64,000 bases of DNA from Nemertoderma westbladi (GCA_032718475.1 JAUCBJ010009109.1:62001-126000), one strand, 5' to 3'; shown: positions 1 to 11,280, numbered from the stretch's first letter. Notes: generated by a model not told the origin, from the letters alone. Translations and numbers: made by a program.

Positions 1-2
1 AC

Positions 3-1133
3 TGTTTGTCGGCAGCGAGACAGCGATTCATTCTATTGAAGCCAAGCAGGGCAGTCGGCACTATGTATGACGCCTGTCTGGTTTGCAAGAGGGTGAACGC
101 CAGAGTATTGGAACAGGAGATGGCTGAACTCCCGGAAGCGAGAGTGCAGGCATATGACCCACCCTTTACGAACACAGGGGTGGATTGTTTTGGTCCGATT
201 GAGGCAAAGAGTGGACGGCTGACCCACAAGCGATGGGGTCTGCTACTGACATGTATGGCGAGTAGAGCCATACATATCGAGCGTGTGGCAGACATGTCGA
301 CCAAATCTCTGCTCCTGGCCTTAAAGAGATTTATGGCCAGGAGAGGACTAGTAAAGGCGTTCTACTCTGACAAGGGTACAAACTTTGTCGGAGGGAATAG
401 CGAGTTGAACGCGGCTCATAAAGCAGCACAGAATAAGGAAATTTCTGCAGCACTTTTGCCGCAAAGAGTAGAATGGAGATTTAATACTCCAGAGAGTCCT
501 TGGAGAGGAGGAAGTTGGGAGCGTTTAGTTCGCTCTGTGAAGCAGGCCATTGCCAAAACGTTGCCTGTAAACAAACAACTTACCGACGACGAACTGGTCA
601 CAGCTTTCATTGAAATCGAGCATACACTAAACTCGAGGCCGATAGCTATGTTACCAGACGGTGTTGCATTAACGCCGAATCATTTGCTAATGCAGAGTCC
701 AGCATTTCTTGTGCCGGCATCAGAACCCATTAGTGCCGACCTATATAGTCGTAAGAGCTGGAAAATGACTCAATTTGTGGCGTACACATTCTGGGAATAT
801 TGGCGGGAATACTATCTTCCCACCATATCTACCAGAACAAAGTGGTACAAGACGGTTCGGAGTCTCCAAAGGGGAGATTACGTACTGATAACCGAACCTA
901 TTGTCAAGAGAAAGTATTGGGAGACTGGAGTGATCTTGCACACACACCCAGACGTGCAAAACATAGTGCGCACAGTCACTGTGAAAATTAGGTGCAAGTG
1001 TCCGCACCCAAAAAAGTGTAAAACTAATGGTTTACACACCTTGGACCGACCGGTCCAAGATATTGTGTTATTAGAGGAGACACGTATCGAGACGGGAGAT
1101 TATAATTTGTCTCCTGCCTCAAAACAGACTTAG
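3..1133 (+). CDS. BEL/Pao polyprotein C-terminus: integrase (5'-partial)
   Basis: Zn-finger remnant CLVC; GVDCFGP, SRAIHIE, SDKGTNFVG, GGSWERLVRSVK (D,D,E); LNSRP, LTPNHLL; FWEYWREYYLP..RTKW (DUF5641-like tail typical of BEL/Pao). Confidence 0.95.
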   Translation, partial: CLSAARQRFILLKPSRAVGTMYDACLVCKRVNARVLEQEMAELPEARVQAYDPPFTNTGVDCFGPIEAKSGRLTHKRWGLLLTCMASRAIHIERVADMSTKSLLLALKRFMARRGLVKAFYSDKGTNFVGGNSELNAAHKAAQNKEISAALLPQRVEWRFNTPESPWRGGSWERLVRSVKQAIAKTLPVNKQLTDDELVTAFIEIEHTLNSRPIAMLPDGVALTPNHLLMQSPAFLVPASEPISADLYSRKSWKMTQFVAYTFWEYWREYYLPTISTRTKWYKTVRSLQRGDYVLITEPIVKRKYWETGVILHTHPDVQNIVRTVTVKIRCKCPHPKKCKTNGLHTLDRPVQDIVLLEETRIETGDYNLSPASKQT

Positions 1134-1890
1134 TGTTAGACGCAACTCACTTCGTATGCATTCCTCGTATGCAAATACAAGGAAATGCATAGGAGCGGGG
1201 TTGTGGTGATTTGCGTTGAGTTTTGTCTGGTGGGTATCAAAACAAAATTTTATTTTCAAAATTTTTTTGGAAAATTAGAAAATTTTAAAAATTAGAAGTG
1301 AACCCAAGACAATTCCAGACGCTGTGTATAGACGCGTTTTAGAATTCGTCTATAGATAAACAGTAATTTGAAAAGTCGTGAAGCCTGGAAAATAGCATTT
1401 AGAAACCATGGTGACGGCTATATTACGTAGGAGTGTAAATTGAGTTTAGCAACTTCCACAGATTGGTGCCAACAGTGCAACTAAGGTGCTAAAGGTTAGT
1501 AGCACCAGAGGCGTGCATGGACCCCACTCAGTAGTTTGCAGGATGTGTGATGTTCGATTATCAAACCTGTGGGTTTGGTATAGTCGAGTATTGTGGCTAT
1601 GGTCCTTTCTAACTACTGTAGTTTAGTAAGAGAAATGGGAGTAGTTTGGGCATCAAAAAGTGAGTTGGTCACGGCCAGTTTATCTCCAAAGTTTTTGCGC
1701 TATGCATGGGAATAGGTTAGAGGATAGTTAGTTAGGAAGAGACGGGATCTAGAGAGTCGAACCTGAACTGCTGGAAGGCGGGGGGTTCGGGAGGTCTGTC
1801 CTTCGGCGGCATCTAACTGATTTACCCACAGTGTAGTTGGTTACGTAACGGCACTTATTGGGATATATATATGTATATACGCGTAACATA

Positions 1891-4800
1891 ATGGAGAGGG
1901 ATATTAGAGCGCAACCGCGCAGAGGATTTACTGCCAGAGAGGAGGCGGAGCTACCATTCGCGCGACCAGGATGTAAAGATTCGAACGTTTACTACCATGG
2001 GCGGTCCGTGATGGAGCTGAACGGAAAGTACAAGCCAAGTTATGATAAAGAATTACGGAGAGAAAGAATGAGAGCGTTGGGGGACCGGATGGAAGTTTTG
2101 CGGAAAGAGTATCGCACGCGGTATCCCTACGACTTTGCTTTGGACGTGTGCGACATTAGCGCAGATCCGGACGAGGAAATCGCACGACTATACCATATGA
2201 ATATGTATTTACGACACGAGGAGCCTCTACCTGCAGTCCGAGACCAGTTCGACGGAATGCACCTGTATCGGAGGACTCGAGGCGAGGATCAGGAGACGCC
2301 GAAAGTCTTCAGCGTATACAAGCTCTTCTACAAGTGTGGTGAATGCATGAATAAACAGGACGTGGCGATTCCCGACCGACTAGACGAGCAACATCCGGAA
2401 CCGATATTAACGCGATGTCCAGCTCACCAATTCCTTAGATATAACGAGGGAGGTTACCCGATGAGCAACCCGATGATCAGTATCGACTTCAGCGGAAAGC
2501 GACCTCCGAGACCCATTACGCCGACCGTTACGACATTAGATCCGTATACGGAGATTAAACCCTGTTCGACACCCAGTTTGATAGAGACGGCAGCGGCCAT
2601 TTCGCTGTACCGAGCCTACAAGGATCTAGAGGCGCGGCGCGAAGCGGCGCGGGACTCGGGTACCAAACCCGCGGGTTTGGAGCTCTCGAGTCCCTGGACT
2701 GCGTTTACTTCACCTCACCGAGTGAGAAGCCTCACGCCTGAGCATCAGGATGACATAGACGCGTTGCGGCAGGAGGAGCGAGCGGCGAAGGCGAAGGAGT
2801 TATTTGAGAACAGGATAGCGGAGTATAATAAGACCGCGGATAGACATCAAGAGGAGACGAGGAGAGTGACCGGATTTGTTCCACAGGTCGTATCTCAACC
2901 CGGACCGGTGTATTATTCCGACGGCACTGAACCTGCGATATTAGTAGATCATCCGGAGTCGCGAGAAGCGATACGATTCTTGCCGATGGTAAGAATGGCG
3001 GACCATTGGAACGTCGACTGTCTACGGGAAGTTTTATGCGCGAAGTTCTTGCGTGATGTCCCAATGCAGATCACAGATTATGACACGTTGGATAAGATTG
3101 GAGCTCCGGGAAAGGAGAGTAAGCTATTCGGATGGTTGGATAAGTACATCAAGGTATGGGTCGCGGTGGCTACATTCCCAGATGACGAGGAGGTAGACCA
3201 GACGTGGCTGAGGAGGAAGGGTTCTTATACCCGATATGATGACCACAAGGCGATCGAGCGCATGTGGACCCCATCAGATGAGATTCAGCGTCAGTGGAGG
3301 AAGACGGAGGAATCACTGCAAGATTGGAGGGTGATGTTCTACGACAATGAAGGAGGGTCCCATCAAGAATGCTTGACCAGCAAGTGTATTCAAATTCGTG
3401 CGGCCGATGGTGTGACTCATGTGTTTATGCGTGTGAGGGCGGATCGAGAGAGACCGGAGCCCATCATAACGACACAATATCGGAAGGGGAAGGATCCTAG
3501 GGAACAGATTTTGGAGGTATGCAGGCGAGGAGGTATGCACGGAGCAGAGCGTATCGACGCCAGGATGTTACCAAAGAAAGTTAGAGAGGCTATTCTCAAC
3601 CAAGATTACGTCAAGGTGGGATCGGGAGTCCAGAGCGATTTAGAGAGCGACTTCAACGCCATGACTGATCTGGAAGATAGATTGCCGAGACCGTTTGTCG
3701 ACACCAAGCTATTGTTGCTATGGGCACAGGATATTGGAATTTATAGGGAGTATCCCAACTCTGCCAAGACTGGTATGGGCTTTATAGCACACTTGTTGTA
3801 TAATTGGGACTTTAAGTTAAAGACGCAAAAGAAGTACGAGGAGGCGTATGGCGAATACAACACGCCACCGGGAGCGGAGTTCAAATCCCACTTCAAGCGG
3901 CAAGCGTTAGTGTATTGGAACATTTGCGCGCCACCCCGTGCGTCGCTACAATATTATTTGGTGCTTGAGTCGAACACGGTGACTTGTTTATTAGCGGATA
4001 TCGTTGCGCGAGTTTTGAAGCGTCATCCATTGGTATTCGGAGGAGATCAATACGTTCGCTCGAAAGGGGGAATCCAATCCGACGTGATGAAGCGTTTCTT
4101 AACCCCGTTCTTCAACCAATCGTTAGAGAATACGTCGATGGTGAGGAGAGGATTAGCGATATTCGAAGGAATATATCGACAGAATATCGGAGATTTGGGA
4201 GACCGACCGTCGATGGAATATCCGACGCCAGAAGCTTTGGAGAAGTGGTTCGGGAATCAAACCCGCGGGTTTGGTACTCCCTTCCACTCGGAGGCTGATA
4301 GACCTGTTAAGGAGGGCTGGCCGGAGACTTTAGTAGAGGTGTTCGGAGTAGATCTTCCGGTGGAGAAGACATATCCGAAACGAACGCGGGAGGAAATATT
4401 AGAGATAGAGGATAAGGGCGAGGATGTTTACTTTGTTCCGGATCGACAACCGTTGACTGGAGAGGACGACATCGTATTAGACATTGGGAAAGAAGGAAGT
4501 GCGAAACCGATTGGAGACCTCATATACGAGAGGGCCTGGTTTCCACAAGCGCGTAGGTGCAAATTGTGCGGCAGCACAAGGCACAATCTAAAGTCGTGCG
4601 ACGCGGTAATAGAGGCGGCGCATAAGGTCTGCCGTTGGTGTAATGAGACCGACCATTCGTTTCATACGTGCACCGTCTTCATTTCTCAATGCGGATATTG
4701 CGGGGTAAAAGGACACCGTAGCGCGAGATGTCAGCTGCGAGATGATTCCTTTCAAAACCATAGCGCTAACCTACTTCGGGAGATGTTAGATAAGTGGGAG

Positions 4801-5598
4801 AGTGTGGCGGATTACCATATTCAAGCGCAGATGCGTTGGTTACCATTTAAAGCGGGGTATGGGTTTTGGGCGGTAGACCCATCGCACGTTGCGTACGAGC
4901 CATATCTTCAATCGCTACCACAATATCAGGAGCTCATCCTAACTGCTCAAGACCTTCCACAAAACACTGGAGTTATCGTAGTCCGAGAGTACTTCAGACA
5001 ATTAAACATGGACAATAAGTACACATGGAACTTCGTTGCTATTTGCGATCGCATCACGAAGGGTGTATTTACGGAGACTAGAAAAGTGGTACGCACGCGA
5101 GGTGATTGGAGGATGGCGGCTATACAATACCGCAACGAATTCTTGTTGACTCATGTGCCAGTGGGTTCATTGACCGCTGAGAGGATACAGGAACAAAGGA
5201 TCGCAGCGACCACAGCGATGACCGCTGGAGCTCAAGGCTCGCGGAAAGAACCAGGAGGAGGGGTCCAAGACAAGCGTCAAGTCAAGGACGACCACTATCA
5301 TTCAATTATAGAAGCGCAGCGGTTGCAGCGCAAGGCGCAGGGGGCGTCTGAGAAAGCGCGTGTGCAACTGCAGAAGGAAGAATTGGCGGAAGCGACCACG
5401 GGAGCGCGACAATTGGGACGAGGCCGAGGGAGAAGTTCGAGCCGAGAATCTGTCGGGGCTCAGGGAACGTCGTCGTCGGTTCCGGGGAGTGACGCCTCAC
5501 GGACGCCGTCAACGGAGTCGACTGGAGGACGACTGGTGTATCTGGGAAGGGGGCGAAAAAGAGGAGCGAGCCCAAAGAACCCAGGAGCGAGTCGATAA
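1891..5598 (+). CDS. Retrotransposon extra ORF (~1235 aa): DEDDy (WRN/EXD2/Mut-7-like) 3'-5' exonuclease + 3 CCHC zinc knuckles + RG-rich tail
   Basis: Uninterrupted ORF, first ATG at 1891. ExoI FYDNE (~3337-3351), LPKKVREAILNQDYVKVGSGVQSD (ExoII), FVDT, GMGFIAHLLYNWDFKLK, ExoIII-like QYYLVLE. CX2CX4HX4C x3 at ~4558-4731. GRGRGR near the C-terminus. Confidence 0.8.
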   Translation: MERDIRAQPRRGFTAREEAELPFARPGCKDSNVYYHGRSVMELNGKYKPSYDKELRRERMRALGDRMEVLRKEYRTRYPYDFALDVCDISADPDEEIARLYHMNMYLRHEEPLPAVRDQFDGMHLYRRTRGEDQETPKVFSVYKLFYKCGECMNKQDVAIPDRLDEQHPEPILTRCPAHQFLRYNEGGYPMSNPMISIDFSGKRPPRPITPTVTTLDPYTEIKPCSTPSLIETAAAISLYRAYKDLEARREAARDSGTKPAGLELSSPWTAFTSPHRVRSLTPEHQDDIDALRQEERAAKAKELFENRIAEYNKTADRHQEETRRVTGFVPQVVSQPGPVYYSDGTEPAILVDHPESREAIRFLPMVRMADHWNVDCLREVLCAKFLRDVPMQITDYDTLDKIGAPGKESKLFGWLDKYIKVWVAVATFPDDEEVDQTWLRRKGSYTRYDDHKAIERMWTPSDEIQRQWRKTEESLQDWRVMFYDNEGGSHQECLTSKCIQIRAADGVTHVFMRVRADRERPEPIITTQYRKGKDPREQILEVCRRGGMHGAERIDARMLPKKVREAILNQDYVKVGSGVQSDLESDFNAMTDLEDRLPRPFVDTKLLLLWAQDIGIYREYPNSAKTGMGFIAHLLYNWDFKLKTQKKYEEAYGEYNTPPGAEFKSHFKRQALVYWNICAPPRASLQYYLVLESNTVTCLLADIVARVLKRHPLVFGGDQYVRSKGGIQSDVMKRFLTPFFNQSLENTSMVRRGLAIFEGIYRQNIGDLGDRPSMEYPTPEALEKWFGNQTRGFGTPFHSEADRPVKEGWPETLVEVFGVDLPVEKTYPKRTREEILEIEDKGEDVYFVPDRQPLTGEDDIVLDIGKEGSAKPIGDLIYERAWFPQARRCKLCGSTRHNLKSCDAVIEAAHKVCRWCNETDHSFHTCTVFISQCGYCGVKGHRSARCQLRDDSFQNHSANLLREMLDKWESVADYHIQAQMRWLPFKAGYGFWAVDPSHVAYEPYLQSLPQYQELILTAQDLPQNTGVIVVREYFRQLNMDNKYTWNFVAICDRITKGVFTETRKVVRTRGDWRMAAIQYRNEFLLTHVPVGSLTAERIQEQRIAATTAMTAGAQGSRKEPGGGVQDKRQVKDDHYHSIIEAQRLQRKAQGASEKARVQLQKEELAEATTGARQLGRGRGRSSSRESVGAQGTSSSVPGSDASRTPSTESTGGRLVYLGRGRKRGASPKNPGASR

Positions 5599-6032
5599 TA
5601 CATTATGGCACAGGGCGACAGACTCTAGATATATACATCATCGTCGCTCTGATGTATATTGTAGCATTTGAAAATCTTCGACTAGACTCATATACACTAG
5701 TTGAGTTATTTGAATTTATATTATGAAAGAGGCGAAGGAAGTGATTGGGGAGACAAACCTGCGGGTTTGGCTTACTCCTTTCACTTGCCCTAGCAAATTT
5801 ATATTTGATTTTGTATGTAGTAATCATTATGTAGTAAGAATGAACGAGAAACAATATTTTGTAAATTTAATTTGTATGTAAATTCATTATGCAATATCTA
5901 TGGCAATATTTGTAAATAGTAGAATTATTATGTTATTTAGATTGGTTGGAAGAAATTTATTTTGTTTTGTATACATCACCTTATACTCTTCTACAATTGG
6001 AGGGAAACATTATATGATTTCCCTTGGAGCGG

Positions 6033-8063
6033 TGTTACGGTATATGGCGCTGTATCCATAATATTAGTCATCATGCAGTATGCAATATTAGTCCGTTATG
6101 CAGTATGCAATATTAGTCCGTTATACTGTACGTAATATTAGTCCGTTGTGCAGCATGATATTTTAGATAAGGCATAACGCAGTGGTATTTAGGTAGGGAA
6201 ATCAAAACGCCCATATATTCGAAACCATCCATTTTGTATAGTATGTAGCCCTACCTACGTAATTTTGTATTAGGTTATATGTAGATAGTTCCAGGGTAAG
6301 TTTATTCGGACCCTGGATTCAGTGCTTGCTGATATTAGTTTTAGTAGGGCTAGCATATAGGGACACTGTCCTGGCCATTCAGCAGCCAGAGACGTGAACC
6401 ATTACCATATATGGTAATAATTCGAGGAAGGGGAGCAAATAGGGCTACAATCCGGCCTCCTTATTGGACTAGCTGCTTCCAGGTTGGTCTAGTGCTAGCA
6501 CGGACTGGAGAGCCAATAAGAAGGCGATTGAGTCACCCTATTGCATCACCCCATCCGGATCACCTATAAATTGGCGGTGTGCCGGTAAGGCCTCATCTAT
6601 CCACTCATCACATGACACCTAGCCCTAGCGCCTGTCTTGCTGTTTTTTCTTGATATTTTTCTGCATTTTGCTAATTTGATTAATTTTCGTGAAATGATTT
6701 GCTAGTGCGATTACTTGCTTGTGTTTCTCAATAATTCCTTTGATTGCTGCTAATTACAATTAAACTATGATTTCTACCTTTGATTAATGGTTCTATGTGA
6801 TTCTTTCTGCGCAATAATCCTAAGGGATTCTGAGACTGTCAGACTTTGTGATTTGCATGCGCCGCTACGGTAGCTATTAGCATCATGGAGAGCTAAGGCG
6901 CCAGTGGGCGGTGGGCGCATCGGGGGGTTGAGCGACTAGGAGAGAGCGGAGGATTCAAAGCGAGCAACGCTGGCCAGGGTCACCGTTGCGGGCGGGTAAC
7001 TTGCACTGCGACACGCAGACCGATCGCCGGTACAGCAAATTAGGGGGCTGATGATCCAGATTTTGTCTCTATTTAGTATTAGGGGGGCAGGAATTGGGTT
7101 AGTTAGGAGTCCTAGATGTACCTGGGAGAGGCCTGCGCGTATTACAACGTTGAGTGTGGAGTACGAGTAGTGAATTGCACAATTGTAAACTGTGATTTCT
7201 AACGCTGATTGGTGTGTTATTGAAGTGTGCCTAAGATTACGAATGCTTAGATAGGCGCTCTTTTCCTTTGATTGATTTCTATTTCTTAGTTACAATAATT
7301 AGTTATTGATTAGGTCAAAGTAATACGGCAAATTAGGCTATTACTATCGAAACCTGTTGCGTGATAAATTAGAATTACGTATTCTGGAACTCTTAGTAAT
7401 TAGTACGCTGTTAAATATTTGTGACTGTAATTAATTAGTAAAAAATTAAGAATTAGTACGCAGCATAGCGGAGAGTAGCTAAGGTAATAATTAGTGTACT
7501 GTAAACTATTCACGCTGAGCGGTTATTTGTATTAGCGGGCAATCAGCTAGAACGCACTATTCGGTACGCACGATACGCTAGTAATTTTGCTGGCCTAAAG
7601 CCAGTCGCGGGCAGTTTTAGACCCGGGGTGGTATTATCCACGTAGAAACAGATACTGTACCATTTTGATATTTTAAATATTCTCGCATTCACACATTACG
7701 TTAGGGAACCTCCAGTATTCGCGATTAGAAAGACGTAGGTAATAGCGTGCTTTAATAAGTGATAGAATCAGGCGTAAGAATACTCTGAGTGCAAGGCCTC
7801 TCGCACTCGTCTTAAGTAAGCTTAGGGAGCCGACTCAGGTTTATTGTTTTGGTTATTCCTGCGTGGCTCATAGATTCGAACAGTTAGCTCTCTATCGAGC
7901 AATCGGTAGAGAAAGGAACAAGCGATTTTGCAGGAGTTGTGTAAAATTAGTAAATTATATTAGTGGACGGCAGATTAGCGCCATCTAACGGTAAGTAGCG
8001 GTTTTGTATTTAGCAACCCTTACAATTTAGTAATATCACGCTCCTGATCCCCTTTACTTAACA
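6033..8063 (+). repeat. Probable 3' LTR (~2.0 kb)
   Basis: Starts TGTTA right after a PPT-like GGAGCGG and ends TAACA (alternative end TCAACA at 8146). Non-coding, with 25-bp tandem units (~6060-6165) and TATAAA at 6565. Confidence 0.6.
6453..6570 (+). promoter_or_regulatory. Putative LTR promoter: inverted CCAAT boxes and TATA box
   Basis: GCCTCCTTATTGG...CCAATAAGAAGGC inverted pair followed by TATAAA at 6565. Confidence 0.4.
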
Positions 8064-8184
8064 GTAGAGCAGTCTTTGTGTCTTATTGGTTAGACGAGAA
8101 CTTATTAGGTTGGCAGAGAAGTATACCAGTATTTGTCTGTTCAACAGTTCTGCTGTTAGTATAGAGGTCGCGGTTGTTTATCAC

Positions 8185-10290
8185 ACCCCATAATAATATA
8201 GGTTGTTACAACAATAAACACCAAACACAAGCACCCCATAATAATATAGGTTGTTACAACAATAAACACCAAACACAAGCACCCCATAATAATATAGGTT
8301 GTTACAACAATAAACACCAAACACAAGCACCCCATAATAATATAGGTTGTTACAACAATAGACACCAAACACAAGCACCCCATAATAATATACGTTGTTA
8401 CAACAGTAAACACCAAACACAAGCACCCCAGAATAATATAGGTTGTTACAACAATAAACACCAAACATAAGCACCCCATAATAATATAGGTTGTTACAAC
8501 AATAAACACCAAACACAAGCACCCCATAATAATATAGGTTGTTACAACAAAAAACACCAAACACAAGCACCCCATAATAATATAGGTTGTTACAACAATA
8601 AACACCAAACATAAGCACCCCATAATAATATAGGTTGTTACAACAATAAACACCAAACACAAGCACCCCATAATAATATAGGTTGTTACAACAATAAATA
8701 CCAAACACAAGCACCCCATAATAATATAGGTTGTTACAACAATAAACACCAAACACAAGCACCCCATAATAATATAGGTTGTTACAACAATAAACACCAA
8801 ACACAAGCACCCCATAATAATATACGTTGTTACAAGAGTAAACACCAAACACAAGCACCCCATAATAATATACGTTGTTACAACAGTAAACACCAAACAC
8901 AAGCACCCCATAATAATATAGGTTGTTACAACAATAAACACCAAACACAAGCACCCCATAATAATATAGGTTGTTACAACAATAAACACCAAACACAAGC
9001 ACCCCATAATAATATAGGTTGTTACAACAATAAACACCAAACACAAGCACCCCATAATAATATAGGTTGTTACAACAATAAACACCAAACACAAGCACCC
9101 CATAATAATATAGGTTGTTACAACAATAAACACCAAACACAAGCACCCCATAATAATATAGGTTGTTACAACAATAGACACCAAACACAAGCACCCCATA
9201 ATAATATACGTTGTTACAACAGTAAACACCAAACACAAGCACCCCAGAATAATATAGGTTGTTACAACAATAAACACCAAACATAAGCACCCCATAATAA
9301 TATAGGTTGTTACAACAATAAACACCAAACATAAGCACCCCATAATAATATAGGTTGTTACAACAATAAACACCAAACATAAACACCCCATAATAATATA
9401 GGTTGTTACAACAATAAACACCAAACATAAGCACCCCATAATAATATAGGTTGTTACAACAATAAACACCAAACACAAGCACCCCATAATAATATACGTT
9501 GTTACAACAGTAAACACCAAACACAAGCACCCTATAATAATATAGGTTGTTACAACAAAAAACACCAAACACAAGCACCCCATAATAATATAGGTTGTCA
9601 CAACAACAGACACCAAACACAAGCACCCCATAATAATATAGGTTGTTACAACAATAAACACCAAACACAAGCACCCCATAATAATATAGGTTGTTACAAC
9701 AATAAACACCAAACATAAGCACCCCATAATAATATAGGTTGTTACAACAATAAACACCAAACATAAGCACCCCATAATAATATAGGTTGTTACAACAATA
9801 AACACCAAACATAAGCACCCCATAATAATATAGGTTGTTACAACAATAAACACCAAACACAAGCACCCCATAATAATATACGTTGTTACAACAGTAAACA
9901 CCAAACACAAGCACCCCATAATAATATAGGTTTTTACAACAACAGACACCAAACACAAGCACCCCATAATAATATAGGTTGTTACAACAACAGACACCAA
10001 ACACAAGCACCCCATAATAATATAGGTTGTTACAACAATAAACACCAAACACAAGCACCCCATAATAATATAGGTTGTTACAACAAAAAACACCAAACAC
10101 AAGCACCCCATAATAATATAGGTTGTTACAACAACAGACACCAAACACAAGCACCCCATAATAATATAGGTTGTTACAACAATAAACACCAAACACAAGC
10201 ACCCCATAATAATATAGAACAATAAACACCAAACACAAGCACCCCATAATAATATAGAACAATAAACACCAAACACTAGCACCCCATAAG
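8185..10290. repeat. 48-bp minisatellite (~44 units), intronic, starting ~15 nt from a MAGI donor site
   Basis: Unit ACCCCATAATAATATAGGTTGTTACAACAATAAACACCAAACACAAGC; period 48 (240 nt = 5 units). Confidence 0.97.
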
Positions 10291-10304
10291 CACCCTATAC
10301 ACAC

Positions 10305-10911
10305 CTGCGATTGTTCCTCTTCGCCGCCAACTATCCGAAATCCGAAGCCGTTTTGCAATCTCCTTAGAAACACCGTGGTCTCGAAACATTCAGACTCCGG
10401 GTCCAAACTCACCACAGAAGCTAAATCTCGTCCACGTCGGCCTTTATTCGACTTCTCTGAAGGAGCTGGGGAGAAAGTATGAGATGGAAATAAAGTTGTC
10501 GAATGGGGGGAAAGTAAGGGGGCATTGGGGTAAAGTACAGGGGGATGCGGATAATTCACGTTATCAGTTGACGGGTAGTAACTTTGTCCGACTAAATCGT
10601 AACAACTTCGCGAGGAAGGGATGTATGAACCGGGTAGGAATGGGTTGCCATTTATCGATCCCACGTCCACCTGGGTTGGCGAGTAGGGTAGGAAGGCACT
10701 GGTACACGCGGGACCTCTGGATACAGATACAAGAGAGGTCCCTGGATTCCTTGTAGACGACTTGTACCGGGACTCCAGGGGGTGGTGGTTGTATCCGAGG
10801 CAACTCGAATACGTCATATCGCGTCTCTTAGCAGCCTCTTTAATCTCATCGAAGGTCATTGACCCCGGCATTGAGTTACCCACAGTAATATCCTCCCCGA
10901 GGGAGTAGTTG
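10305..10911 (-). CDS. MAGI: MAGI-family exon: Ser/Pro-rich linker + start of a PDZ domain
   Basis: TVFLRRLQNGFGFRIVGGEEEQSQ then donor CAG|GTGTGT at 10304. The acceptor GAGCAG at 10912 is tentative. Confidence 0.8.
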
Positions 10912-11280
10912 CTGCTCATAATTATTAGTTATTAATTTAATCATAAATAAATTATAATTTACTTAAATTCCCTATAAAACCTCCTGGTGTCCCATAAGGT
11001 TGAGACAACAGGTGGCAAGTCTGTCAAGTAACTTAAATACAATTGGTTGATAAGTTAAAGTAAAATTATTAAATTGCGAAACGATATTGGCGATATTTCC
11101 CCAAACAATAGAGGAATCAGGAACAAACGTAATATATAATTAGTTAATATTCATGACATTAGCAACCGCATAGCAACCATGTTAATGAAGCTGGAGTTAG
11201 AAAAACTATGGAATAAAAGGATATAAAGGCGACAGATGGTAACTATGAGTAATAATAAAACAATGTAGGCCTATTGTTTC

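Larger units (their letters stand above)
1..8063 (+). mobile_element. BEL/Pao LTR retrotransposon, 3' half (integrase + extra ORF + probable 3' LTR), antisense in a MAGI intron
   Basis: BEL-type integrase ORF, a second long ORF, then purine-rich GGAGCGG directly followed by TGTTA (6033); candidate TAACA end at 8063. The 5' LTR and TSD lie outside the window. Confidence 0.85.

Noticed and set aside
1891-5598. env gene, or gag of a second element
   Set aside because: No signal peptide, furin site or TM anchor; no protease or RT follows; the knuckles come after an exonuclease domain.
8156-10304. Long ORFs (708 aa; repeat part of the 912-aa ORF)
   Set aside because: Artefacts of a 48-bp unit; the real exon ends at the donor at 10304.
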